64,000 bases of DNA, taken from assembly GCA_013265495.1 (NCBI GenBank), contig MU058423.1, positions 3,177,061 to 3,241,060 on the forward strand. The letters run 5' to 3'. The stretch's first letter is position 1. Each line of letters opens with the position of its first letter. The position numbers and the translations under genes are program-made. This document shows, in pieces, positions 38,441-51,357 of this stretch. The notes beneath the pieces are model-generated. The model was not told the DNA's origin and ran no database searches. It worked only from the letters and a program-made list of their open reading frames with translations. Origin of the DNA: Vicugna vicugna (taxonomy: Eukaryota).

Positions 38441-39065
38441 TTCTCTTAGAATGTCCATGATTATTTTTTGTTTTCTACTTTAACCATACATGATTTCAAA
38501 ATTATATATAAAATTATGCTCTTTAGAAGTATCTAGCAAGACAGTATACACCGTGAAATCACTCTACTTCTATCAATAACTGAATTATTTTACAAATAAA
38601 AGAAATTATGAATTCTGTTGAAAGAAAAACTGTACTTGTAGGAAGTCATTCTATAATACATACACGTTTACAGTTTTTACTTTTATAACCTTTTTCATTT
38701 AAAATCATTCTTTCCCACAAAACTATACTTCAGCATTAGACAGATAAGTATCTAACAAGTAATTAGTATATACATAAGTGGCTGTGAAAAATTACCCACA
38801 ACTCTAATATATTCTGTTCCAAAGCTGAAAATATTTCCTTTTAGAAAGCATTTTAACGTTTCTTCTTATCATCTACAAAGCAGCAACAATATTTAAGTTA
38901 AAATTGGTAAATCCAATGATATATAATCATAAACAATCCCTTAAGAAATATATTTGAAAAGTTATTATTCCTTAAAATATTTACATTGTTTAAATTACAT
39001 GATAGTAATCTATTTTAGTTGAACAAATTAATACGAATCTCCAAATCCCTCCCTCCACCAAAATG

Positions 39066-39160
39066 CTATTCATCTTTAATAAAGGAGACTTTATCCTTAG
39101 GTTTATTCAGCATCTTTATATCATCCAACAGCTTTTTGGGTGTTAAAATATGCGTGGAAC
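39066..39160 (-). CDS. STXBP3: STXBP3 (Munc18c) last coding exon, exon 19 (GSTHILTPKKLLDDIKMLNKPKDKVSFIKDE*)
   Basis: Minus strand ccag|GT TCC ACG...GAA TAG; matches the known Munc18c C-terminus. Confidence 0.96.
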
Positions 39161-40000
39161 CTGGTAGAGGAAAAAATAAGTTTTCAGAGGCCAGCAGTTA
39201 AATCAGTTTTCCTCGGCTAACTATATTGTCCCGTCCTTCATTACATATGCAAAGTGCAGTAGTCTGGGGCAACTTAAAATTTCTACAGGACTCCTCCCTA
39301 CAACCTGCTTATACTACAGTATTTCAAGCTTTCTTCTTCATTGTGTGTGCTCAGTAACCCTTTAGAAACACTCCCCATTTCTCATGCTGTGTCTACTTTG
39401 TGCTATATATTGATATACTAATGAGTAAAACTGGAGGTTAGTCTGTCCTCCTTACAGAACAGGACCAGTCAGTGTAACTTTGGTCCCAGAGAACTATTAA
39501 GCAGTGCTGCACATCAAGCTTGGTGTACAAATGCTGCATCTCTGTGGGTCAGAAAAGTTTAGGTATCAGTGGCCTTGACTGAAATTCTTAAAACTAAATT
39601 TCATATAGGCCTTGCCAATGTCAGGTCCATAGCCACAAAAAATTTCCAAGTATTTCTGTAGTAGAAGTGCATTTATGTTTTAAAAATTATTTAATGATGA
39701 GAGCATGAAAAGGACAGAATGTAATATTTTAAAGGATATATTTAATAATATTTAAAGAATATTATATTTCTGAAGCTCACTCTCTGAAAATCAGAATTTG
39801 AATAGAAAAAAAATCATCATAAAGGTCAACCAGGAGAAAAACTCTGGTACATCAGATAAAATACACTATGATTTCAAAAAGGTTTTTTTGCAGTCAACAA
39901 TTTAGTCCTAAACGTAAATTACAAGATAAAGTTTTGCATATATATTACTGCATTTAGAGTTTGTTTAAAAAAACAGAAAAGAGAAAAATACAAGTCTTAC

Positions 40001-40149
40001 CAATAATAACTTCACAGGATTTATATGCCTGAGAAACTTCATAAGCACAACGCATTTCAGAGTATGTAATTCCTCCAATTACAAAAACAATCAGCTTAGA
40101 CCCATTTTTTCGATCCTCTAAATAATTAGCTCTGGGTTTCTGGCGAGCA
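40001..40149 (-). CDS. STXBP3: STXBP3 exon 18 (SARQKPRANYLEDRKNGSKLIVFVIGGITYSEMRCAYEVSQAYKSCEVII-G)
   Basis: 149 nt, ag/gt bounded; carries the Sec1/Munc18 motif IVFVIGGITYSE. Confidence 0.97.
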
Positions 40150-40639
40150 CTAAAAAATAAACACCAATATATTAAAAACATTTCCAAAGCCATATTGCTT
40201 TTAAAAGAGCCTAACACACTGCTTTTAAAGAGTCTCTTTAAAGAACTTACCTTGAGCAAACTCAAATCTGGCAGCAACTGCACTGATGTAAGGAAAAGAC
40301 TTAACCATGGTATGATTGGAGCACCAAGAATTAGGCAGGACAGTCCTACTTCAAGTTTAATTTTCATCTGATAGAGATTTTGGACAAATTGCTTGTAATC
40401 TAGCTCAGCTTTTTATCTATAAACTAGAGCTCACTTTTACTTATAAAATGGAGCTAATGCCCTGTCTTATTTATTTCAGATAAAGACATAATAAATGTGA
40501 AAAGTCTATCACTTCTTGAAATTAAAAATGGGGGGAGGAAAGTGGCACTGAAACAACATGGTTTTAAAGACATTAAGGGGGTTGGCAGAGGCACAGTTAC
40601 TAATTTACAGCTGATGTGATACCGGGACACCCCTTGCTG

Positions 40640-41600
40640 GAACTCAGTAAAGTATGATGCCAGAAGATATTGAAGACACATCTGCACTCCCATGTTCACT
40701 GCAGCATTATTTTTTTTTCCTCTTCCAGTCAAAAATTTTATTTATTTATTTGTTTGTTTGTTTGTTTATTTATTTATTTGTTTATTTTTTAACATTTTTT
40801 ATTGATTTATAATCATTTTACAATGTTGTGTCAAATTCCAGTGTTCAGCACAATTTTTCAGTCATTCATGGACATATACACACTCATTGTCACATTTTTT
40901 TCTCTGTGAGTTATCATAACATTTTGTGTATATTTCCCTGTGCTATACAGTGTAATCTTGTTTATCTATTCTACAATTACACTGCAGCATTATTCACAGT
41001 AGTCAAGGGTATGGAAACAATCTACATGTCTGTCAATGAACAGATGGATGAAAAAATGGTGTATACATACAATGGAATATTATTCAGCCTTGAAAAAGGA
41101 AATTCTTCTATTTGTAACATGAATGAACCTGGAGGGCATTAGGCTAAGTGAAATAAGTCAGACTGAGAAAGACAAGTACTGCATGATCTCACTTACACAT
41201 GAAATCTAAAATAGTCAAATTTATAGATGCAGAGATTAGAATGTTGGTTGCCAGGGAATAAGGGGAGAGAGAAATGAGGCAATTTTGGTCAAAGGACACA
41301 AAGTTTCAATTATGCAAGATGAGTAAGTTCTGGAGATCTAATGTACAGCATGGTGACTGTGGTTAACAAAACTGTACTGTATACTTGAAATTTGCTAAGA
41401 GGATAGATCTTAAATTGTCTTCTTGACACAAAAAAGAATAGAAGAGAAAAGAAAGGAAGACAGAAAAAAAGGAAGAAAATGGTAACTATGTGGAGGTGAT
41501 GGGTATATAATTAGTTTGTGGTGATCATTTCACAATGTATACGTATCAAAACATCGAGCTGTACACCCTAAACATGTGTAATATTATGAAGTCAATTAGA
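40640..41600 (+). mobile_element. Older L1 (L1MA-like) 3' end hosting a nested young L1
   Basis: catgttcactgcagcattattcac, tacaatggaatattattcagcc, gagtaagttctggagatctaatgtacagcatgg. Confidence 0.8.
40712..40979 (-). mobile_element. Young L1 3' end with short 3' transduction
   Basis: Perfect TSD cactgcagcattatt (40697-40711, 40980-40994); two tails separated by non-L1 sequence. Confidence 0.88.
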
Positions 41601-41810
41601 CTTCAATAATGCCTTTAAAAATAAGAGAGTGACTTGCATTTCAACTGTTTCTGCTTCTTTCAGCAAGTTACTTAACCTCCGTCTAAACCTCCAGGGTTAT
41701 TTTCAAGATTAAAAGAAATAATGTTCAGAATATACTAAGGATGGAATCTGGTACCAGGAAAGCAGTAGGTAAATAGAAGCCATTACTTCTACCACATCCC
41801 CTCCTTAGGC

Positions 41811-42018
41811 TGCTCTAGATCTGCACTAAGAGGGCAGCCACTAGCACATGAGGCTATTTAAATTTAAATGAACTAAATTTAACAATCCAATTCCTCAGTC
41901 ACACTAACCACATACCAAGTGCTCAACAGCTACATGTGGCTAGTAACCATATAGGACAGGGCAGATACGGGATATTTCCATCATTGCAATAAAGTTCTGT
42001 TGGGTAGCACTGCTCTAG
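41811..42018. mobile_element. MER3-like hAT-Charlie MITE
   Basis: gcagccactagcacatgaggctatttaaatttaa...tccatcattgcaataaagttctgttgg; flanked by gctctaga on both sides. Confidence 0.7.
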
Positions 42019-43441
42019 ATCATAGAAATCACTTTTCTGTTCCTGTAACCCACTGGTAAAAATTTTGAGGTTTTATTTGAAAAGTAAATATTTTAACATA
42101 AACACTTATGTACATCTATTTAAAATATATGTTCATTTATAAATTATATATATGTACTACTATATACTAATAAAACTTAATTTTTCCCTTTTCTAGTGTA
42201 AAAATTAAAATCCAATATTTCATCTCATTACCCACTTCGGAAACCATAATCCAGACGACCTCTAAGATCCTGCAATATAGGACATCATGGTAAATATTAA
42301 ATAATGTTCTCAGTCTAGGCTTTCGGATGATAATTTCCATCTGCTATCTTAAGGAATGAGAAGGGAGATAGAAAAAGTAGAGACTTAGTAACTAGTTTTG
42401 AAAGATGAAACAGAACAAGCTACATTCTTGGTTCCCAAACAAAATAAGTCAAAGACATACTACAAGTGCAACTTTGGTTTAAAAACTTTCAAAGAGAGCA
42501 AAATAAAGTAAGAGAGCAAAAGAAAAGGCAGTAACACTGCTTAAAACAATTATGTGGTTCTAACAATTTCTAAACTTCTGAACAGCAATTTTAGGACAAC
42601 AGGATTACATTTAATTTGTTTCACATACATGTGTAAGACTGTACTAGTGTTTTACACTTTGAAAGACACATAAATAATGATTAAATCTCTGTATCCTGAA
42701 AATCTCACTCTAGAAAGCACCTAGAAGCACTGGTTAAAATAAGAGCAAACATCTTTTTAAAAGTGTAGCTGAAAGTAAACAAGAGCAATCTCCAAAGGCC
42801 AGCAGCAGTAAAAAGGAAACTAAAAACTAGAGTGGTAAACTGAGGGGAAGCTTCATCTGCCTTATGGAGTGTTAGTCTCGTTTTAGCAAACAAGGGGCCT
42901 GGGTGTTTCCCTGTTTAATAAACATAGGAGACAAAGCCTTGGGTATCGTACAGGGTACGGATGGGGAGTTGACATCCTTGTATAAAGTCAGGACACCCTC
43001 AAAAGCAAGGGGAAATGATGAAGACGCTTCTTTGATAATTCAACACAGGCCAGTCTTGTGAGAGAGTTCTAATTGATACTATTTCACATGGTCTGGGGAA
43101 CCCCAACTGAGAAATTAACATATAAAAGAAAAAAATCTCTAATCCTGACAGAAGCAAATGCAGAACATCTCTGGAGGTCCCCATTCTCAACCCTAGCTAC
43201 TGAAATAAGCTCAGAATCCAAAATTATGAAACACATGAGGAAATAAGCAATCATAAATGTCTGCAGAAATGAAGAGCAGTCAAATTAGACCCCAAAGAAT
43301 GTCAGATGTTGGATTTATTAAAAAACAGACTAAAATTAAGTATGCTTAAAATAATAAATGATAATAAAGTAGAACAGAAAGCATGACAAAATAAGAACAA
43401 AAAAGCCCAAGCGTATAAAATAAAGTCAGTGAACACAGAAA

Positions 43442-43443
<2 letters not shown>

Positions 43444-43516
<73 letters not shown>

Positions 43517-43556
43517 AACAGAAAAAAAAAAAAAAAACAAAAAAAAAAAAAAAAAA
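43444..43556 (+). repeat. 113-nt A-rich tract with 60 uninterrupted A
   Basis: Directly visible: A 43444-43503, then A-runs broken by g/c. Confidence 0.95.
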
Positions 43557-44960
43557 GGAAAGCTTACTCAGCAGATTAGGCACAAATTTAAGAGAGAACT
43601 AAAGAATTGAAATCTAAATACAAAGAAAAATATCCAGAATGAAATACAACAAGTAAAAGAAATGTTAAGGCTTGAGAGATTACAGGGCATGAAGATAAAA
43701 TGTTATGTCCCAACAAATCCAAAATTGTAGAAGTGGCAATATTCGAAGAATTTATGAAAGATATGAAACCTCAACTCTTGGGAAACACACTGAATCCCAG
43801 GAAAAAGAATAAAAATATATCCTGAGGTAGAGAGAGCATAGGAAATGTACAGAATACCAACGGCCAAAAGCAATCAGAGAGCAAAGACAAATTATCTACA
43901 AAAGTTTGACAAAACTGACAGAAAACACTCCACTCCCATACACACATCTTCCCAGGAGCTAAAATAGAAACCAAGCAACAGCAGAATAACATCTCAAAGC
44001 ATTAAATGAAAATTACCCCGAGCCTAGACATTCAAAGCTATCATGTAAGAACAGCAACATGATGAACGTATTTTCAGACAAAAACCATACAGACCCTACC
44101 ACCAAATGGACCCACAGTGAAGAAACGTCTAAGGATTTATTTCAGAAAAGAAAGTGACTGAGCCCAAAAAAGGCGATGCAAGCAGAAGTGATACACAGTG
44201 TAACTGGTTAACATGTACATACAACTAAAAATAATAATAATGATCATCATTAATTTGGGAAGTGAAACAGATAAAAGGCTGAAAACAATAAAGAATTAAG
44301 GTAACATTTAAGGGGTGTGTGGTTGGAATTAAGTCATTCTAAGGTTCTGTACTGTTCATGAGGAGGGGAAAGATACTAACTCATCTCAGACTTTGCTGAG
44401 TCAAGAAGTGTACTAAAATTCTAAGGATAATTGCTACAAAAGTATAAATAGGCTATATCAATTCCAAACTAGGAGAAAAGGGAAAAATAAAACTAAAGAA
44501 AGAGTCCTCAGTCCAAGAGATGCACCCTAGAGAAATACTCAAACATATGTAAACGTACAAGAATGCTCACTGCACACTGTTTGTAATGAGGCCAGTTTTG
44601 TCACAGCCTAAATTTCCATTGTGTGGAAAATTCATGAATAAACTGTGATATTCATGTAAGAATGTACCAACCAGCAGTGAAAATTTACACATGTACCAAT
44701 CTGGGATAAATTTCACAAACATAATGTTGAGGGAAATTAAAAAAGCAAGTTGCAGGAGGACATACATAATATGACACCATTTATATTAAGATTAAAAACA
44801 CAATCATAGAGAACTTGTGGTTATGGTGGAATCAGTCAGTCAGAAGATTCCCCTCCAAGAAAACAAGTATAAACCTGGGTGAAACTGTAGGGGAAAAACC
44901 ATGTCAGGTCACTTGGAAATCAAACATGGGTAAACAACAGATTGAGAAGCATTTACTCTT

Positions 44961-45065
44961 TTTTTTGGAGGCAGGGGGAGGTAATTAGGTTTTTATTTAT
45001 TTATTTTAGTGGAGGTACTGGGGACTGAACTCAGGATCTCTCTACCACTGAGCTATTCCCTCCCC
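44961..45065 (-). mobile_element. tRNA-derived SINE (Vic-1-like), internally deleted
   Basis: Reverse complement ggggagggaatagctcagtggtagag...cctgagttcagtccccagtacctcc; TSD agaagcatttactctt/agaagtatttactctt. Confidence 0.85.
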
Positions 45066-47044
45066 AACAGAAGTATTTACTCTTAAATATATGCTAATAT
45101 ATCAGTAAGAATGGTCCAGGTGACTATGTAACCTTCTAGCCTGAGGCTGCCCCCAACCCCCACTGTTCCTCAAACTCAGTCAGTAAAAATTATCACTTTA
45201 TACTGACTTGAGAAAACCACCACCTTCACTGCCTGAGGTGGAAGACTTGATTCAAGACAGGGAGCAAAGGGAGTGCAAACTCCTGAAGCTTTGCTGGTTA
45301 AAAATGGTGGACCCAGTTTAGTGCAGGAAGACCTGCAGCTCTGGCAGCACAACATCTTGGTCCCAGTATGGGACAGGCTGCACATGAGCCAGAAGTTTAA
45401 AGGAGAAATCCTGAAAGTAAGAAAGCCAAAGAAGACAAAGACAAGCTCTCCCCACAACTTGAGCTGACTGCCAAATTATGCATGTGCCAGGGGAAGCCAC
45501 AGAAAGGCCAAAAAAAAAAAGAGAGAGGAAAAGAAGAGAAAGGGACTGGGAGAGGACTCAAGAACTGATTGTGATTTGTAATGCATTTCTTAACCCACAT
45601 GCAGCTTGAGCAGAAGGTGGAAGGTTTACAGGCTTGACCTGTCTAAACACAACCTCTGCCCAGATAACTGGCTGAACTCTACACAGACACAGGGCAACCA
45701 CTAGGAGCCAAGCTGAAAAATTAAAGTTAAAATTAAAAACTTCTGCAATGACATCAGTGGCTACACTGCAAGGGAGAACGATCCCACAGCTTAAGTCCAT
45801 ACAAGTTACTAAAACAAAATACAGTTTTGCATTGTTATAATACAGTATGTAAAAGATCCAATTTTCAACCAAAAATTAGTAGATATGTAAGAAAACAGTA
45901 AAGTGTGACTCACACTTTGGAAAATAAGCAGTCAACAGAAACTGACCCTGAGTAAATCCAGATGTTGGATTTAGCAAACTTCAAAGAAGCTATTATAAAC
46001 ATGATCAAATAATTAAAGAAAACTATGTTAACAATAAGCTAACCAATGGGGAATGTCAAAAGAGAAATGGAAACTAAAAAAAAACCAAATAGAAATTCAA
46101 AATGTGAAAAGTACAATAACTGAAATGAAAAAAATCACGAGATGGGCTCAACAGTGGATTTGAAATGTCAGAAGAAAGAATCAAAGAACTGAAGATGGAT
46201 CAATGGATATCAATATATCTGAAGAACAGAAATAAAAGAGGTAGAAGAAAGGTAAACAGAGCCTCAGTGGCCCAAGAGACAATGTCAAATGTTCCAGTAT
46301 ATGTTTAATGGAGTTTCAAAAGGAGAAGAGGGAGATAGAATCGCGTGTAAAATTTTTTTTGAAGAAATAACTGAAAACTTTCCAAAACTTGATGAAAAGT
46401 ATGAACTTGCAGATCCAAGAAACTCAATTCCAGGTAAAATATACACAAAAAGAACTCCATCTATACACATCATAGTTAAACTGCTAAAAGCCAAAGATCA
46501 TGAGAAAAAATCCTGCAAAACACAACTCTACACATTGTTTAGAGTACAAATATATGCAGAAAATATATAATAAAGATATAAAGGTGAATGATAAACACCA
46601 AATTCAGGATAGTGAAGAAAGGGTGAATAATAAAAATCATAGTGATATACATAGGAAGCTTGAATTGTATTTATAATGATTCATTTGTTAAGCTGGGCAC
46701 TAAGTATAGGGTATGCCTTATAATATTCTCTACAGCTTCCTGAATGTTTCAAATATTTTATCACCAAAAATCATCAAAAAGGATTATGTACTCTGCTCAT
46801 GTGAAGGAAAAAAAATGAAGGGAGAAACTCTTTTCTAGTTTCATAAAAATATTTTTTTACAATAAAGAACATTTTCATATTGCTTATCTGGACTCATTTA
46901 AAACAGGTTATAGTTAAAGAAAAACTGTCTTTTAAGTGACTATATGCTTCGAGGAGAGTTGTCAATATAGAAATGCCTGTGTACCATTTCAATGATTAGT
47001 CTGTAATATACTGAAAATTTCACTGACTGATTCATAGGTTTTAC

Positions 47045-47130
47045 CTGACAGCTCCTGAGCCGTTCCACACTGCTGGACACTGGGAACAATATGGCCATTC
47101 TTTTGAATCTAATCTATTATCAATGGCATC
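47045..47130 (-). CDS. STXBP3: STXBP3 exon 17 (DAIDNRLDSKEWPYCSQCPAVWNGSGAV-S)
   Basis: 86 nt; ctag|GAT...GTCAG|gtaaaa. Confidence 0.95.
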
Positions 47131-48036
47131 CTAGGGAAGAAAAGAGTTAAAACCATCAAGAAAATATTGTACATTTCAGGATTTTTGTTTTGTTTGTTTT
47201 ACAGAAAACTCAACCCTTATGTTTACAATTAAGGAACGTAAGGATATATAAATATTTAATAAAGTAAGGTTAGCCCTCTCTTTGAAATTCACAAATCTTA
47301 CCCACTACAAAATTAACGCAATCATTTACTTATTAAACAAATATTTATTGCATGCCTACATTCCTTCACTGGAGAGTTCCCACATTGGTATGAGAATTCC
47401 AGGTACCTTATCAGGACCTTTCCCCCTACAGAGTGCTAGGGGTTTCTAAATACCATCTTAGTACTGACAGACCTCGCAGGATACCAGGGTCCAGGCCTTG
47501 CCCGTCACAGCAGTGGTTCTAAAACAGATGCGCACCCTGGCCTACTCATACTGAAGACAATCCAACGAGATAAGAGAAGTTTTCCTTTTTATTTCATTTA
47601 AAAACTTTTCCTTCTTCTTAGGCTTAACATTTTATGAGGTATTTATATGTGTGTGTGTGTGTGTGCATACACACACATATAGTATATACAATGTTTAATG
47701 AGTACAGCATTTATATAGTTTATAAATAGTCACATACTATAGGCTTATGATCGCATTCATTATGGTTAAGTGTACATGATCAGAAAAGTTTGGAAAGCAC
47801 TGCTTTACAGCACGGTAATACAAGTGGTATCAATAAGTAAAAATGGGCACAAGGTATTCAGCAGTCCTAGAATATTTCAGTAAGACTGCAAGATGCTAAG
47901 AAACCAATTTTCAGGAGAAACTCTGAAAGCCTTAGATTGCTACTGAACTAAAGGTGGATTTTCTGAATTTAACATGCAAATCCTTGTAAAAGGGTTTGAG
48001 AAAGCCCATTCCTATTTTAAAAGTACTAGCAAAGAA

Positions 48037-48160
48037 GGAGGGAGGGTATAGCTCAGTGGTAGAATGCATGCTTTGCATGCAGGAAGTTCTGGGTTCAATC
48101 CCTAGCACCCCCATTTAAAAATAAATAAATAAACCTAATTACCCCCAAAATTAAAAAAAA
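48037..48160 (+). mobile_element. tRNA-derived SINE (Vic-1-like), full length
   Basis: gggtatagctcagtggtagaatgcatgctttgcatgcaggaagttctgggttcaatccc; tail aaataaacctaattaccccc; TSD aaagtactagcaaagaa/aaaatactagcagagaa. Confidence 0.9.
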
Positions 48161-48935
48161 AAATACTAGCAGAGAAAAACTACTTAGTTCTACATCCTTG
48201 TTATGGGTAAGGGGAAAAAAAATCTCATGTTGCAGGAAAGAAGTCTAAATTCTTTAAACTTTTCATCTATGATTAAGCATGTGTGAATGACATAAAATCA
48301 GTCAAGCAAAACAGAAAAATCATAGGAATAAATTGTACACAATTAGTTTCCAAAAGAAAGTAGAAATTAAAGTTTAAGTCACAGGAAAATTAGAATAAAT
48401 AGAACTATCTGATGATGACTGAAGATTCAGTGCCGTGACTTTATTGAGCTCATAGTATGATTTTTATTAGTTCATTTCCTAACTTTCTATAATTGAGTAT
48501 TATTTTCTAAAAGCAACAGTACTAAAAACATTAACCATGTGTTGACTATAATAGCAAAGTATAGTGAGGTTTACATTTTAATCACAAACACATTTCTAAG
48601 GATACAGGAGTATGACTTTCTAGTAGTGGTCATAAGCAAATGTCATTTTGTTGAATGCAGTTTTTTTTCATAAAGCATGTGTGTGCTTATTTTTAATAAA
48701 TTTATTTTGAGATGGTCAGTGGTGTGAGTTTGCAGTCTTAAAGAAGAGAAACTTTAAGCTTCCTCTCCTCCCTTGACACGAGATATGGCCTTCTTTTGTG
48801 AACCCTCCCAGAATTACAAAAAAAAAATTCCTGACCCATAGATATTGAACATTGACTGACAGATAAATATACAAAAAGTAAAAGATATTCTACAGAAGGG
48901 CACTTCGGATATAAGCAAAATTTAATGAATTTTAC

Positions 48936-49028
48936 CTCCAAAATATCTTTGATAAAAGGTGTCCATCGGGAGAGTTGAAAGGTTTCTTCTGCAGATCGAT
49001 CCTTTCTTAACGGTTTGCCTTGTTGAGA
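48936..49028 (-). CDS. STXBP3: STXBP3 exon 16 (SQQGKPLRKDRSAEETFQLSRWTPFIKDILE)
   Basis: 93 nt; contains the SM-family LSRWTP motif; ag/gt bounded. Confidence 0.96.
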
Positions 49029-49576
49029 CTAATGTAATTAGAGGAAAAAAATTAAAAATCAGTAATTTTATTTAGTGGTACTCTCTTATTAAGTTTCCTA
49101 ACAAAGATATTTAATTTTTCACAAATACTATGTTGCATTTGACTTGACGAGTGGAAATGCCTACTCAAGAAATCTGAATTCAGGTGTGGTCACATAACTT
49201 CACAGAATTTTGTGCATTAATGATAAAATTTATGATAGTATCAGAATATACATTTACTCCCAAGCGCTTGTATAAAACTTGATGGGATGGAGTGAGCTTC
49301 TAACTAGAGTTCTTTCAAATATTGCTAGAAATGAATCATAAAAAGAAAAGCAAAAATAGCAAATTATAACAGCAGCTGTAAGACACAAATTCACTAGAAA
49401 AATGTACTTGTCCAAATTACTCAGATATGGAGAAGAAAATAACATTATTTTACTTACCAAATCTACAGAGTAAAATTAAGAAGACTGTCCACATAGATTT
49501 CCACATAAGAAAACACTCAATGCAAACAACCACACGTGCATATATATAAGTATATACAGAATGTGAGATTTCTTAC

Positions 49577-49683
49577 TGGAGGGACAATGGGAACACCCAG
49601 GTAACTCCAGTTACGAATCATGTCACTCTCATTTTCTAATTTTACATTCTGGATCAACCTGTCCAAGTTTTCTTCTGTAGTTC
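49577..49683 (-). CDS. STXBP3: STXBP3 exon 15 (GTTEENLDRLIQNVKIENESDMIRNWSYLGVPIVPP)
   Basis: 107 nt; taag|GA ACT...CCA|gtaaga. Confidence 0.95.
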
Positions 49684-49915
49684 CTTAGATAAGTAAAAAT
49701 ATGAGTACACAGTTACATAACTGCTACCACAATCATTTCTAGGTTTTAGGTAGTACCCATGAATAAGGCTTTTGTTTTCTTTTTTAAGTAAACATTTAAA
49801 TTATACACTCTTCAGCCTTCACCCCATTTCACATTTTTCTTCTATCCATCTTAACCAAGTTTATATTTCTTTTAAATATATATTCTTATTCAAGTATAGT
49901 CAGTTTACGTATCTT

Positions 49916-50007
49916 TGTTGTTGTTGTTGGGGGGAAGTAATTAGTTTTACTTATTTATTTATTTTTAGAAGTACTAGGGATGCTATCACTGGAGCTGTAC
50001 CCTCCCC
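49916..50007 (-). mobile_element. tRNA-derived SINE (Vic-1-like), internally deleted
   Basis: Same taattac/ccccc tail in reverse; TSD cagtttacgtatctt/cagtttacatatctt. Confidence 0.75.
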
Positions 50008-50141
50008 CAGTTTACATATCTTGACCAATGACTTTTGAAATTTCTAAAATTCTCTTAGGATAAGTAGTAAACCACTTAGTATAAAATGATTTTAGAGCTA
50101 AGTACTTTAATATATTCATGAAAATAAACAGTCTCCATTAC

Positions 50142-50280
50142 CATTAATACTGAAAATATAAAGTAGGATCGCTCTTATTTTATCATAATTATCATGATTT
50201 TTGTTGAGGAGAACTGGAAGGAGTACTCGCATAGAATCTTTGACTTTCTGTCCTTCTGCATCAGTTCCAAGTGCCAGGTC
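50142..50280 (-). CDS. STXBP3: STXBP3 exon 14 ([47 protein letters not shown])
   Basis: 139 nt; taag|GAC...AATG|gtaatg. Confidence 0.96.
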
Positions 50281-50481
50281 CTTAATGAAAATGAAATATA
50301 GTCAGGAGTCCATAATCCAAATTCATTTTTCAGTTAAAAATATCTATTAATAAATCTTGCCAAATTTTAATGGAACATTGGTGACTTTTCACAAGAAAAT
50401 GTGAGCAACACTTATAAACATTATTGCACAAAATGTAAAAAAAGACAAAAAATAATTCAAAGAAGAAAACCATTAATCTAT

Positions 50482-50995
50482 ACCTGTGCTAAAAGATAGA
50501 CACGAGCCACACGTGGCTACTGAGCACCTGAAATGTGTCTAGTCTGAATTAAGATGAGTTAAAAAACCAGATTTTGAGGATTTACGCATAAAAAAAAGTA
50601 AAATATTTCAGTAATTTAAAAATATTGATTACATAATATGATAACATTTTGGATATACTGGGTTAAATCAAATATGTTATTAAAATTAACTACACTCATT
50701 TCTTTTTACCTTTTTGTTTCTTTTTCTTATGTTTCAGTCTTTTTTTTTATTCAAGTATAGTTGGTTTACAATGTTATGTTTCAGGTGTACAAAATAGTGA
50801 TTCAATATTTTTATAGCTCATACTTCATTTAAAGTTACTATAAAATATTGGCCATATTCTCTGCACTGTACAATATACCTTTGTATCTTACGTATTTTAT
50901 ACATAGTAGCTTGTCTTTTTACCCTTTTAATGTGACTTCTAGTATATTTAAAATTCCATATGACTTGCATTCTATGTCTATTAGACAGCAGTGAT
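50482..50995. mobile_element. MER33-like hAT element with a nested reverse L1 3' end (~50740-50910)
   Basis: gagccacacgtggctactgagcacctgaaatgtg, ataacattttggatatactgggttaaat, and nested caagtatagttggtttacaatgtt. Confidence 0.65.
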
Positions 50996-51357
50996 CTAAA
51001 CAGTTTTGGCATTATAGAGGAGCCTGTAGTTAAATGTGCGTACACAGTACTCTGCAGGATGCTACGTTAAATGCCGCACCCATTGAAAAAGACCTGCCAA
51101 CAATGCTACCCTGAAATAATGCTCCAAACACTTAAATCATCCCATTAAACCAAAAATGCATAATCACAGATTAGGAGGGACTGCTTTCTGTGATACTGTA
51201 CAGCTACTTGTTAATGTTGGTAGGGAATGATGTATTAAATACCGAGTGGGTGAGTCTCCTTTCAGTGCACTGTACTGAGCAAAAAGTTAGGTTTTACTTT
51301 ACAGAGTTCATTCTGAAAATCTATCATGAATATAGGTATTTCTGACACTGCACATAC

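Larger units (their letters stand above)
43180..46780 (+). mobile_element. Cluster of old L1 relics (ORF1/5' region and 3' fragments), antisense to STXBP3
   Basis: cagatgttggattta(g/t), gaagaaataactgaaaactttccaaaacttg, catcatagttaaactgctaaaagccaaaga are L1 ORF1-like motifs; boundaries approximate. Confidence 0.6.

Noticed and set aside
39954..40367. 137-aa minus-strand ORF as a separate protein
   Set aside because: Only 40001-40149 is STXBP3 exon 18; the rest is intron.
43302..43583. Poly-Phe ORF
   Set aside because: Translation of the poly(A) tract's complement.
48037..48112. Possible tRNA gene (likewise 22013 and 62132)
   Set aside because: Has A and B boxes but also a shared non-tRNA tail, A-tract and TSDs, and no terminator; these are SINE copies.
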